64,000 bases of DNA, from the NCBI GenBank assembly GCA_965207885.1, contig OZ242311.1, positions 1,312,001 through 1,376,000 of the forward strand. The letters run 5' to 3'. This document shows, one piece after another, positions 18,433 through 27,139 of the stretch. The notes below the pieces were generated by a model. It did no database searches. It was not told where the DNA came from and was given only the letters and a program-made list of their open reading frames with translations. This stretch comes from Candidatus Latescibacterota bacterium. Lineage in GTDB: Bacteria; Latescibacterota; UBA2968. Position 1 is the stretch's first letter, and each line of letters begins with the position of its first letter. A program made the position numbers and the translations under genes.

Positions 18433-19488
18433 TTAAATCCCGAACCTCTGCTTCAATTTTTGAATCCGATTAAAAGATTCGCAAATGCGATCTTCTCCAA
18501 CAACGCCATCTGCTACCGCCTGTACAATGGCCTTTTTTACCTCGTACACCTGCTCAATATTGTATTCCCCAATCTGGTTGGCGAGCAAAATCATATCAAC
18601 ACCTGCTTTTATCGCTTCAACAACCGCTTCCGTCAGACCATACGCCTCGACAATCGCCCCCATCTGCATATCATCGGAAATAACGACCCCATCAAAGCCC
18701 ATCTCATATCTGAGGAGTCTCGTCATAATATCATACGACAAAGTTGCCGGCCTCCCACTTTTGTCGAGCCTCCGATTCACGATATGCGCGGTAAGAATCG
18801 GATCATCATAGCCTTTCTGGATAAATTTTTGATACGGCAAAAGCTCTTTAGCACGTCGGTATGTCTGTGTGACATCGGTAACACCGAGATGCGTATCGCC
18901 CGCCGCGCTTCCGTGTCCGGGAAAGTGTTTCAGCGTCGGTATCACCTGCTGTTCTTGATGCGCCATAATAAAAACATTGGCATGCGCTACCACAGCCCTC
19001 GGAACATCGCTAAACGACCGCTCTATCGCGCCAATAGCCGGACTTTTGGGATCTATATTCACATCGACAACCGGAGCAAAATTCCAGTTAATCCCCAAGT
19101 CTTTCAATTCGCGCGCAAGAGCATCTGCTACCTTTTTCGTCTTACCTGGGGACTGCCTGCCGAGTTCTTGAGCAGAAGGCACAGAAACCGAAAATTCATA
19201 TTCCTCTTTCAGTCGGTTGACATACCCACCCTCTGCGTCAACCGCGATAAAATATGACGCTATGTCCTGAAGTGCTGAGGTCAACCTGCGCAGTTGACGC
19301 GGAGACGTAATATTCCGCACCACCTCACCTTTACTCGGCAGATCATAATCAAAAAGCACAACCCCACCGGGTTGAATATCCCGCAGTAGCGCAACAATAT
19401 CCCCATATAGAACATCGCCGCGAAAACCGATCATCAGCATCTGTCCCACGGCTTCCTCTATGGAAGTTCCAAGATCATCGGGCGTCAC
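18433..19488 (-). CDS. GH3 glycoside hydrolase (NagZ-like beta-N-acetylhexosaminidase)
   Basis: GQMLMIGF, VDAEGGYVNRL, FAPVVDV, KHFPGHG, SDDMQMGA. The GTG start overlaps the SDR stop (GTGA). Confidence 0.85.
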   Translation of the reverse strand: MTPDDLGTSIEEAVGQMLMIGFRGDVLYGDIVALLRDIQPGGVVLFDYDLPSKGEVVRNITSPRQLRRLTSALQDIASYFIAVDAEGGYVNRLKEEYEFSVSVPSAQELGRQSPGKTKKVADALARELKDLGINWNFAPVVDVNIDPKSPAIGAIERSFSDVPRAVVAHANVFIMAHQEQQVIPTLKHFPGHGSAAGDTHLGVTDVTQTYRRAKELLPYQKFIQKGYDDPILTAHIVNRRLDKSGRPATLSYDIMTRLLRYEMGFDGVVISDDMQMGAIVEAYGLTEAVVEAIKAGVDMILLANQIGEYNIEQVYEVKKAIVQAVADGVVGEDRICESFNRIQKLKQRFGI

Positions 19489-20297
19489 GCCATATCTCCC
19501 AAACCCTGATCCTTCATCTTCCTCTTCACCAGCCACTCGACAATTTTGGGATGAATCACTTGAAGAAAGGGCAATGCGCGGTGGTGCCAGGGAAGCACCA
19601 ATTCGCGCTTCTGTTTTCGCATAGCTTTCAAAATTGCCCTGCAACAATATTCTACAGAAAGTGCCTCTTTATTGTGCCGCTGTGAGGAATCGCCCAGTGC
19701 TTCACCATCCTTCCCAAAAGCGCGTCGTCTCAAATTCGTCCCCTGAAGCCAATGCGGCAAAACCGTCAACACCTGCACATCTTCCACTTCCAGACGCAGA
19801 GCGTTTAAAAAACCCAGCACCGCGTGCTTTGACGCGCCATATCCCGTATGCAGAGGCACGCCAAATTTGCCCTGCAAAGATGCAATGGCCACGATCATAC
19901 CCTTCGAAACTTTCAAATGTGGCAATGCCGCGTGCACGCAATAAACCAAACCGAGATAATTGGTATCCATCAGCTTGCGAAACACCCCCAAATCTTCCAC
20001 CTCGTCAAACCGCGCCCACATACTAATCCCGGCATTGGCAATCAAATAATCTACACGACCAAATGCAGCAATCGTCGCCTCAATCAATTGTTCGCAATCT
20101 TCGACCTGTGCCACATCCCCCACCACCGTCACCACCTGTGCGCCCAAATCCCGACACTGCTCAGCCGTCTCGCTCAGCTTTCCCTCTCGCCGAGCAAACA
20201 ATGCCAGATGTGCGCCCTGCTTCGCAAGTTCCAGAGCCAACGTCGCCCCAAGTCCCGAAGACGCGCCTGTAATAATCGCTACCTTATTGCAAAACAT
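19485..20297 (-). CDS. SDR oxidoreductase (DHRS7/DHRS7B-like), candidate acyl/alkyl-DHAP reductase
   Basis: TGASSGLG, NAGIS, YGASK. The substrate is inferred from context only. Confidence 0.8.
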   Translation of the reverse strand: MFCNKVAIITGASSGLGATLALELAKQGAHLALFARREGKLSETAEQCRDLGAQVVTVVGDVAQVEDCEQLIEATIAAFGRVDYLIANAGISMWARFDEVEDLGVFRKLMDTNYLGLVYCVHAALPHLKVSKGMIVAIASLQGKFGVPLHTGYGASKHAVLGFLNALRLEVEDVQVLTVLPHWLQGTNLRRRAFGKDGEALGDSSQRHNKEALSVEYCCRAILKAMRKQKRELVLPWHHRALPFLQVIHPKIVEWLVKRKMKDQGLGDMA

Positions 20298-20331
20298 CGC
20301 GCCATTCAAAATCAGTTGGTCCTTTCCATTT

Positions 20332-22164
20332 TCAATCCGCAAACGCCCCATTGCCAATGGCAAAGATATTATTTGGATCCATCGCCTTTTTCATCTGCCG
20401 CAGCACTGCAATGCTATTTTCGCTTTGAATCTGCGGCAAAAAGCCACTGCGGAGCTTGCCCACGCCGTGATGGTGCGACAAAGACCCGCCGTGGTCTAAA
20501 ATCTCCTGCCGCAGCCGGCGCTCAATCGCGTGATAAACGCCAACCGAATCCTCAAGCCCCTGCGCGCAAAAACCCATAGTAAAATAAATACACACACCCG
20601 TGTGATAGGTCTGCGTCACGCGATAGGCCAAAAAGGGCTTGCCCGGCACGCCGTATTCTTCACACAAAACAACCAACTTCTTTTCCACCGCACCAATAAC
20701 ATCGTGAATATTAGTCCACGGCACAGAAGTCTCAAATGTCTCGCCCAAAATGTGAAACTGAGTAAAAAAATCGCGAATATACGCAATCCCAAACGTCAAC
20801 ATATACCCCCGCTCGCCCCTGTGCGCTCCGCCCGAAATACCACCGTATTTCTTCGCCAAACGAAAAATCGTCTTTGCCTGCTGCCGGACCTCGTCTTTTG
20901 TGCCTTCCATCACAATCGTACACGCCACCAACTGCTCTGGATCAAATCCCTTGACCTTAACCAAAAAAAATTGCTGAATATCCTGCTGGAGCTTCTTGAA
21001 TCCTTTTACCTCGGGCTTCAGCGCCTGCCCAAGCTGTAATTCCGTATTGTTCACCAGCCGAATACTCGCCGGAACTTGCCCTGTCTGCCGAAGTGCCTTT
21101 AAGTAAGCCACACCCCGTTCAAATGACGGAAACACCAGCGAGCCAAACTCCTGTGCTTCGGGCTGTTTATGGATCTTTATCGTCGCCCGGGTAATAATCC
21201 CCAAATTGCCCTCGCTACCAAACAAAAACGACCTGGGCTGCACACCTGTCGAATTGCGCGGCGTCGCATGGTGTGTCTTCACCTCCCCCGTCGGCGTCAC
21301 CAGCGTGGCCTCTATCACAATATCCTCAATATTGCCATACCGGTTCTTTTTCATACCACTGGCATTGGTCGCAATCCATCCCCCCAGAGTTGAAAACTCC
21401 AGACTATCGGGATCGTGTCCCGATGTGTATCCCAACTCATTCAGCGCAATCTCCAATTGCTTACCCGAAATACCCGCCTGCACACACGCTTGAAAATTCT
21501 CTTCATCCACCTGCACAATGCGATTCATGCGACGCATATCCACCGACGCGACCATCCGCGTCTCCGAAGTCGGAATTGCGAGCGCACCGCTCACATTCGT
21601 CCCACCACCATAGGGCACCAGCGCCACATTGTGGTCATTTGCAAGCTGGATAATAGCCTGAATATCCGCTTCTTCCTCTGGAAACAACACCACATCCACC
21701 AGACGTTCGGGCGGTCGATGGTACAAAATTTGATACACCTCATCCACGCTCAACTGCCCATGACTATGCACCAGACGCTCTATGTCCTCCTGAGAAACCC
21801 CATCTTCATTGAGCGCATCGCGCACCGCCCTCAAAAATTCATCATTTGCCACGGGCGCGGGCAAATCGCGGTGCTCGACCTCTTGCCCCATATCTTCGGG
21901 ACGGACCGGCACATTGAGCACCCCTTCGACAAAAGGCAAAAAATACGGCATCCGATAGCCACATAACGGATACCGCGTTCCCGTCACATGCACGGTCCTG
22001 TCATCGTCAAACTCAAACCGCGTATCCTTATACCCCCACTTGTGTGCAAACCGCTCGCCTTCTGCCCCCTCAGAAAAACGGTCTTTACTGGCAAAAGCGC
22101 GACGCCCTCGAACGAACAAAAATATCAACACCAGTAAAAAAGCGACAACCATCAGTTCATTCAT
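20332..22164 (-). CDS. Alkyl-dihydroxyacetonephosphate synthase (AGPS/ADHAPS), FAD-linked
   Basis: PYGGGTNV, GHDPDSLEFSTLGGWIATNASGMKKNRYGNIEDIV, GETFETSVPW, RVTQTY..GVCIYF, SLSHHHGVGK. N-terminal TM helix and RBS GAGGTG. Confidence 0.9.
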   Translation of the reverse strand: MNELMVVAFLLVLIFLFVRGRRAFASKDRFSEGAEGERFAHKWGYKDTRFEFDDDRTVHVTGTRYPLCGYRMPYFLPFVEGVLNVPVRPEDMGQEVEHRDLPAPVANDEFLRAVRDALNEDGVSQEDIERLVHSHGQLSVDEVYQILYHRPPERLVDVVLFPEEEADIQAIIQLANDHNVALVPYGGGTNVSGALAIPTSETRMVASVDMRRMNRIVQVDEENFQACVQAGISGKQLEIALNELGYTSGHDPDSLEFSTLGGWIATNASGMKKNRYGNIEDIVIEATLVTPTGEVKTHHATPRNSTGVQPRSFLFGSEGNLGIITRATIKIHKQPEAQEFGSLVFPSFERGVAYLKALRQTGQVPASIRLVNNTELQLGQALKPEVKGFKKLQQDIQQFFLVKVKGFDPEQLVACTIVMEGTKDEVRQQAKTIFRLAKKYGGISGGAHRGERGYMLTFGIAYIRDFFTQFHILGETFETSVPWTNIHDVIGAVEKKLVVLCEEYGVPGKPFLAYRVTQTYHTGVCIYFTMGFCAQGLEDSVGVYHAIERRLRQEILDHGGSLSHHHGVGKLRSGFLPQIQSENSIAVLRQMKKAMDPNNIFAIGNGAFAD

Positions 22165-22179
22165 TTCACACCTCAATTT

Positions 22180-24120
22180 TCACGACTCTTCCGGATTCAA
22201 CAACGTCGCAATATGCACCGCTTGAAACAGCGCGGCAGCCTCGGACTGAATCCGCAGCGACCGTCTTTTGGGCAGTAAAGTCGTCTCCCCCAACATGGGC
22301 GGTGAGACCCACACATTGACCTGCCCCGGATTGATATTAATATTGCCCTTTGGACACTTGGGCCACAGCGCGTGAAGCCCGCGGTACGCAATCGGCACAA
22401 TCACCACATCCTGGGGCAATTGTGCAAACACTCCGTGTTGAAGCGGAAATTGCTGAACCGCAAAAGCAGCGGTCGTCGCCATGGGATAAATAACGCCCGG
22501 ACGCTCTGTCAATGCCTGTGCCACGCGCTGTGTCGTATGGCCCGCAGCACGGGATCGCTCGAGCATCACATAGCCATCGACATTTTCCAGAATCTGATCA
22601 AAAACCTCAGACGTCATCCCAAACTGCGTGATCTGTTTCGACCCAATTTTGATACCCGAGCGCGCCAGCCCAGTACGCGCCAGAATCACACAAGGTTCGG
22701 GTCTTTCCCATCCCATCGCATTCATAAACTCTCGAGACTGCAAAACTTTGTACAAAACGGGATGGTCAAACAAACTCTGATGCGTTGGCAAAAAGATAAG
22801 ACGCCGATCTTCTGCATCGGCTCCCAAATCTCGTACAATGGCTTCAAAATGGGGATCGATATAAACGTTGACGCGAATATCAAAAATATCCAGCGTGCGA
22901 CGTCCCCAATCGAGCCAGGTGCGCCATCCGGCTTCGCGGCGACGGATGGGATCGACTTCTCTTTCCAACAATTTCTTTTTTTGACGTCCTATCTTGAGCG
23001 AAGTCCCCATCCACCGGGCAAAACGCATTCCTCGCTGCAACTTTGAAAATTGCCCCCGACGTCCGACATTGGGATATTCCAAAAATCGTCCCCGTGCCGT
23101 ATCTGCGAGCAAAGCGGGAATTTCCATACGCGAAACACTTTGTCCAACACGATCGATTTGCGCGTTCACATCGCATATTAGCTTAACCGACAAATCAATC
23201 ATATCCCGCGTCAAATAACTATATTCCTGCCCATACCAATACAACCTGGGACGCAGCCTGGTGGGATCTTCCTGATGCGCGTGCAAAAATTCAATCAACA
23301 GCGCCTTGATGTCCAGCACATCATCATCTATCCCATCCGCATCCACATCGTCGCGCAACTGCGCCAAAGCCACCTCCGCATCCACAATAACCTTCCACAC
23401 CGACACGCCAAACCAGCCAAAATTCGTCAAATAATTATACCGCGTTGACAGCAACCCTCCCGCGGCGATCAAATTGAGCGTGCGCTGTGCCACATCTTGC
23501 AGCAAATCACGCAAAGATCCCTCAATCCGCTCGCCATCTCGTTCACAACTGTACTCCTCGGCCCAGTGCGCATCCTCATCCGCCTCCACATTGTCAAGCG
23601 CCTCTGCAACAGCGCGGGCGTGCGACATTGGCACTTGTGTAATATGCACCTGAGCCAATGCCTCTTCCACGGCTTCGGGCGCGTGTAGCTCCGCCTGTGC
23701 CAGAGCCTTCAAATACAGGGATTGATACAACCTCAAAAAATCTTTCGCATCCCCGCGGCCTCGCTCGACAAATTGTCGCCTGAGTTGCAAATAAATTCGG
23801 CTGCCCAGGTGATATTGCGGAAGCAACTCCGCAAAAGGACGATACGCCTCGTCCAAACGCTCATCGCGAACCTCGGGCAAGCCTTGAAAAATCGCATCCA
23901 CAAGCTGTGCGCGAAATTGCAGCGCCTCCATATCCATCGCACCGCTCTGACTTTTGGGCCAGACAAGCGCATCTGGATCGAGACCGTCAAAATAGCCATC
24001 ATGACGCACCGCTTCGAGCATAAGCTGAACCGATTGGTCATAAATAGCTAACATCTGCTCCAGATCGTCGAGCAGTGTTTCGTGCAATGGACGAGTATCC
24101 GATCTATCGCGTGAGGTCAT
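22180..24120 (-). CDS. Glycerolipid acyltransferase-family protein with long unknown N-terminal domain
   Basis: C-terminal FLPTHQSLFD (HxxxxD), IYPMATT and IVPIAYRG. The first ~400 aa are unrecognised. Confidence 0.65.
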   Translation of the reverse strand: MTSRDRSDTRPLHETLLDDLEQMLAIYDQSVQLMLEAVRHDGYFDGLDPDALVWPKSQSGAMDMEALQFRAQLVDAIFQGLPEVRDERLDEAYRPFAELLPQYHLGSRIYLQLRRQFVERGRGDAKDFLRLYQSLYLKALAQAELHAPEAVEEALAQVHITQVPMSHARAVAEALDNVEADEDAHWAEEYSCERDGERIEGSLRDLLQDVAQRTLNLIAAGGLLSTRYNYLTNFGWFGVSVWKVIVDAEVALAQLRDDVDADGIDDDVLDIKALLIEFLHAHQEDPTRLRPRLYWYGQEYSYLTRDMIDLSVKLICDVNAQIDRVGQSVSRMEIPALLADTARGRFLEYPNVGRRGQFSKLQRGMRFARWMGTSLKIGRQKKKLLEREVDPIRRREAGWRTWLDWGRRTLDIFDIRVNVYIDPHFEAIVRDLGADAEDRRLIFLPTHQSLFDHPVLYKVLQSREFMNAMGWERPEPCVILARTGLARSGIKIGSKQITQFGMTSEVFDQILENVDGYVMLERSRAAGHTTQRVAQALTERPGVIYPMATTAAFAVQQFPLQHGVFAQLPQDVVIVPIAYRGLHALWPKCPKGNININPGQVNVWVSPPMLGETTLLPKRRSLRIQSEAAALFQAVHIATLLNPEES

Positions 24121-24129
24121 GGGAGAAGC

Positions 24130-25734
24130 CTAAACACCTGTCTTGAGCACATGGCGTTGCAAGCCGGGAATGTGAACCTCTTTTACGTAAGAGGGCCAAT
24201 TGATGCGCGAAACATCACAATTAAAAATTTCTCTATCTTCTGCATCCATGCTGTCAAACAACTGATTCATATTGTCGTTTTGAAATACGCAATCCAGAGA
24301 AATATAAGAACCATAAATATCGGTAAGCGACAGCGTATTTTCCAAAGTGGCATTCAAAATCGACAAATGGCGTTTCTGCTTTGAAATATCGACCAGAGGC
24401 ACCAAATTCAGTGCCCGTTGCAAAATTTTGAGGGGCAACAAATACTTATAGCGCAACTTTCGACGAAATTGTGACAGCGTCGGATAGGTCCACGGCGTCA
24501 CCGCAATGGGTTTGCCATTGCGGTCTCGCATTGGATTGTTCACAAAATACTCGTACACATACTGGACGACCTCACCTACCTTCACCGGATTCTTTGCACT
24601 TGTTGTCACATGGTAAACCTTCAAATCGGCATTTTCATGGATGGAAGGCAAAACACCGATAATCACATTGATAATAATATCCACGGGAATAACGTCTAAA
24701 ACCGCTTCTGGACGCGCGGGAAAATCCGTCAAACGCCCCTTGCCGTAGTGTACAATAAGTGGATCGGCCACTTTTAGCCCTTCCAGCCATCCCGGTTCTG
24801 GATCGGACAAACTGCTCTCAATAATAGAAGGGCGCACGATCACAGTTGGCAAATCGCCCCGGGTCTTGGCAACCATCTGCTCGCCCATGGCCTTGGTAAA
24901 AGAATAACTGTCGTGCCAGCCCAACTCTCGCCCGCGCTTTATCCCGCGTGCCACCATCCGTTCTCGCACCCATCGCTGGCGCAAAGCCTCCAACTGGTGT
25001 TCCCGCCGATGCGCTGTAACGCGCTTGCCCCGGTCCTGTCGGTCGAGTAAACGCGTGAATTCCGCAAACCGCTCCGGACTTCGCGACGCCGCCTCTACTT
25101 CGCGGCTATACGCCAGAATACCTTCAATTTCAGAATCCAGACTATAATCGGGCGCGCGACCATTTCCCATTTGTTGTGCCACCGTTTGATCGGGCACGGG
25201 CGCGTCTTCAGAAATGATCCGCTTTTGCCGTCCATTGACATAAGCCGTTGAAACATGCACGAGCACGGCATCGCGACACGCCTTGGCAAATTCGACAACG
25301 CGCCTGGCCCCAAGCGTATTTTGCATCAGCGCCGTATCCAGAGGCGCGTCGAAAACCACATTGGCTGCGCTGTTAATCACAATATCGACTTCACTGGCCA
25401 ACTGTGCATATGTCTCGGCGTCCATGCCGAGGTGATCTTGTGTCAAATCGCTCGGCACCGCAATGACTTTTTCGCGCATCACAAAGTCAAAACGATCCCC
25501 GAGTTTTGCGCGCAATCGCGCAAAAGCACTGGATTGCAAAATCTCCCTTTGCAGCCGGTCTTCGGCACTAATGGGCTTGCCCCCTCCCCGCCTTTGAGGG
25601 CGCACCATAAGATAAATGCGCCCAACATCTGGCGCATGGCAAAGGATTTTCCCCACCAATCCCTTGGCCAAAAAACCAGTTGCACCCGTAACAAAAAGAA
25701 CCTTGTGGTTCAAAAATGGAATAACAACACTCAT
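24130..25734 (-). CDS. Fatty acyl-CoA/ACP reductase (alcohol-forming FAR)
   Basis: VTGATGFLAK, HVSTAYV, YSFTKAMGE, RPSIIES..PEPGWLEG, DVIPVD and a C-terminal Sterile domain (FNCDVSRINW..HIPGL). Confidence 0.9.
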   Translation of the reverse strand: MSVVIPFLNHKVLFVTGATGFLAKGLVGKILCHAPDVGRIYLMVRPQRRGGGKPISAEDRLQREILQSSAFARLRAKLGDRFDFVMREKVIAVPSDLTQDHLGMDAETYAQLASEVDIVINSAANVVFDAPLDTALMQNTLGARRVVEFAKACRDAVLVHVSTAYVNGRQKRIISEDAPVPDQTVAQQMGNGRAPDYSLDSEIEGILAYSREVEAASRSPERFAEFTRLLDRQDRGKRVTAHRREHQLEALRQRWVRERMVARGIKRGRELGWHDSYSFTKAMGEQMVAKTRGDLPTVIVRPSIIESSLSDPEPGWLEGLKVADPLIVHYGKGRLTDFPARPEAVLDVIPVDIIINVIIGVLPSIHENADLKVYHVTTSAKNPVKVGEVVQYVYEYFVNNPMRDRNGKPIAVTPWTYPTLSQFRRKLRYKYLLPLKILQRALNLVPLVDISKQKRHLSILNATLENTLSLTDIYGSYISLDCVFQNDNMNQLFDSMDAEDREIFNCDVSRINWPSYVKEVHIPGLQRHVLKTGV

Positions 25735-25795
25735 AAAAGACCCCGGTATCCACAAAAAAAATTAAAACGCAACAGCACTAAAAACCACCTTCCCA

Positions 25796-25824
25796 ATTAA
25801 AGGAGTCCATTGGACTTATGTCAA
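25796..25824 (-). promoter_or_regulatory. Sigma70-like promoter of the FAR-AGPS operon, with a palindrome in the spacer
   Basis: Minus strand TTGACA-N17-TTTAAT. AGTCCA-T-TGGACT at 25804-25816. Confidence 0.6.
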
Positions 25825-25872
25825 CCTCTTTCTCGCGCAGTTCACAAGCGCAAATCCTTATCAAAAATGGGG

Positions 25873-25901
25873 TTGACAAAAAAAAGCCCAACTCCTATCT
25901 T
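25873..25901 (+). promoter_or_regulatory. Sigma70-like promoter of the ndk-fab operon
   Basis: TTGACA-N17-TATCTT. Confidence 0.6.
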
Positions 25902-25951
25902 GTCCATCTTCAAGCCGATACAAGCCGTATTTCTCACATGGAATTTTATGC

Positions 25952-26350
25952 ATGGAACGCACCCTGCTCATCGTCAAACCCGACGCTGTTGCACAAAATG
26001 TAATCGGTGAAATCATTCGCCGTCTCGAAGAAAAAAATTTTCGAATTGTAAATCTGGAAATGGTTCGCCTCACGCGCCAACAGGCCGCCGAATTTTATAC
26101 AGTACATCGCCAACGGCCTTTTTACAACGACCTGCTCGATTTTATGACCTCTGGCCCCTGTGTGCCCGTGGCACTTGAGCGGGACAATGCCGTTGCATTT
26201 TTGCGCGAGGCCATTGGCAGCACCAATCCCGAAGAAGCCGCAGAAGGCACCATTCGCAAAGACTTTGCAACCAATATTCAAAACAATGCCGTACACGCCT
26301 CAGATTCACTGGAAAACGCAGCCAAAGAAGTGGCTTTCTTTTTTGGGTAA
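25952..26350 (+). CDS. ndk: Nucleoside-diphosphate kinase
   Basis: ERTLLIVKPDAV, GTIRKDF, NAVHASDS. Confidence 0.95.
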   Translation: MERTLLIVKPDAVAQNVIGEIIRRLEEKNFRIVNLEMVRLTRQQAAEFYTVHRQRPFYNDLLDFMTSGPCVPVALERDNAVAFLREAIGSTNPEEAAEGTIRKDFATNIQNNAVHASDSLENAAKEVAFFFG

Positions 26351-26367
26351 AAGAGATCACCTAACTT

Positions 26368-26883
26368 ATGAAAATCGACCTGAGAGATATACAGGAAGGC
26401 GAAACCGAATTTGCGTTTGAAGAAACGCCAGCCGACCTGCACATTACCGAAGAAGACTCCCAATTTGCAGGTGCCATCAACACCCGTCTCGTCGTGTACA
26501 AATACGGCGACTCGCTCTCGGCCAAAGGGCAAACCACCTGTCTGGTGCGCCCCGAATGCGCGCGGTGCCTGGAACCCATCGAATTTCCCATCGTCATCTC
26601 ATACACATTCATCTTTCAAAAGGGTCGTCCCGACCAGATGGACGATGACGATGACGAAACGCTGATCTGGCTCAATGAAGAACCCGGCGAAATAGACCTT
26701 GGCAATGACGTAAAAGATTATATTTTGCTTGAACTACCCATGATCCCAACCTGCGCTGCATCGCCTTCTGGCCCTTGTGAACGCTATGAGCAAGATCCCC
26801 ACGAATTGCTGGAATACGAGCGTGAAAAGAGCCCTGACCCGCGTTGGGATGCTCTCCGCGCACTCAAAGAAAGCGAACAGTAA
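26368..26883 (+). CDS. YceD/DUF177 family protein
   Basis: ECARCLEP, LELPM, DPRWDAL. Lies upstream of rpmF. Confidence 0.9.
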   Translation: MKIDLRDIQEGETEFAFEETPADLHITEEDSQFAGAINTRLVVYKYGDSLSAKGQTTCLVRPECARCLEPIEFPIVISYTFIFQKGRPDQMDDDDDETLIWLNEEPGEIDLGNDVKDYILLELPMIPTCAASPSGPCERYEQDPHELLEYEREKSPDPRWDALRALKESEQ

Positions 26884-26912
26884 ACAGAGCATTAATCAAA
26901 AAGGATACCACC

Positions 26913-27095
26913 ATGGCCAACCCCAAACGAAAAAGTTCAAATTCTCGCACCGGTAAACGCCGTGCCAATTGGAAATTGCGTTTACCCACCTTTAACGAAT
27001 GCCCCAACTGCGGGTATCAAAAAATACCCCATCGGGTCTGTGGAAATTGCGGTTATTACAATGGGCGCGAAGTGATTGAAACCGATGGCTTTTAG
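26913..27095 (+). CDS. rpmF: 50S ribosomal protein L32
   Basis: MANPKRKSSNSR...CPNCG...PHRVCGNCGYY. Confidence 0.95.
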   Translation: MANPKRKSSNSRTGKRRANWKLRLPTFNECPNCGYQKIPHRVCGNCGYYNGREVIETDGF

Positions 27096-27139
27096 TTTGG
27101 TCTAACACCGCGCAGACTTTGAGGAGCAGAGTAATTATC

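Noticed and set aside
19489-19647. N-terminal extension of GH3 in the ORF track
   Set aside because: It lies inside the SDR gene. A GTG start with RBS overlapping the SDR stop fits better.
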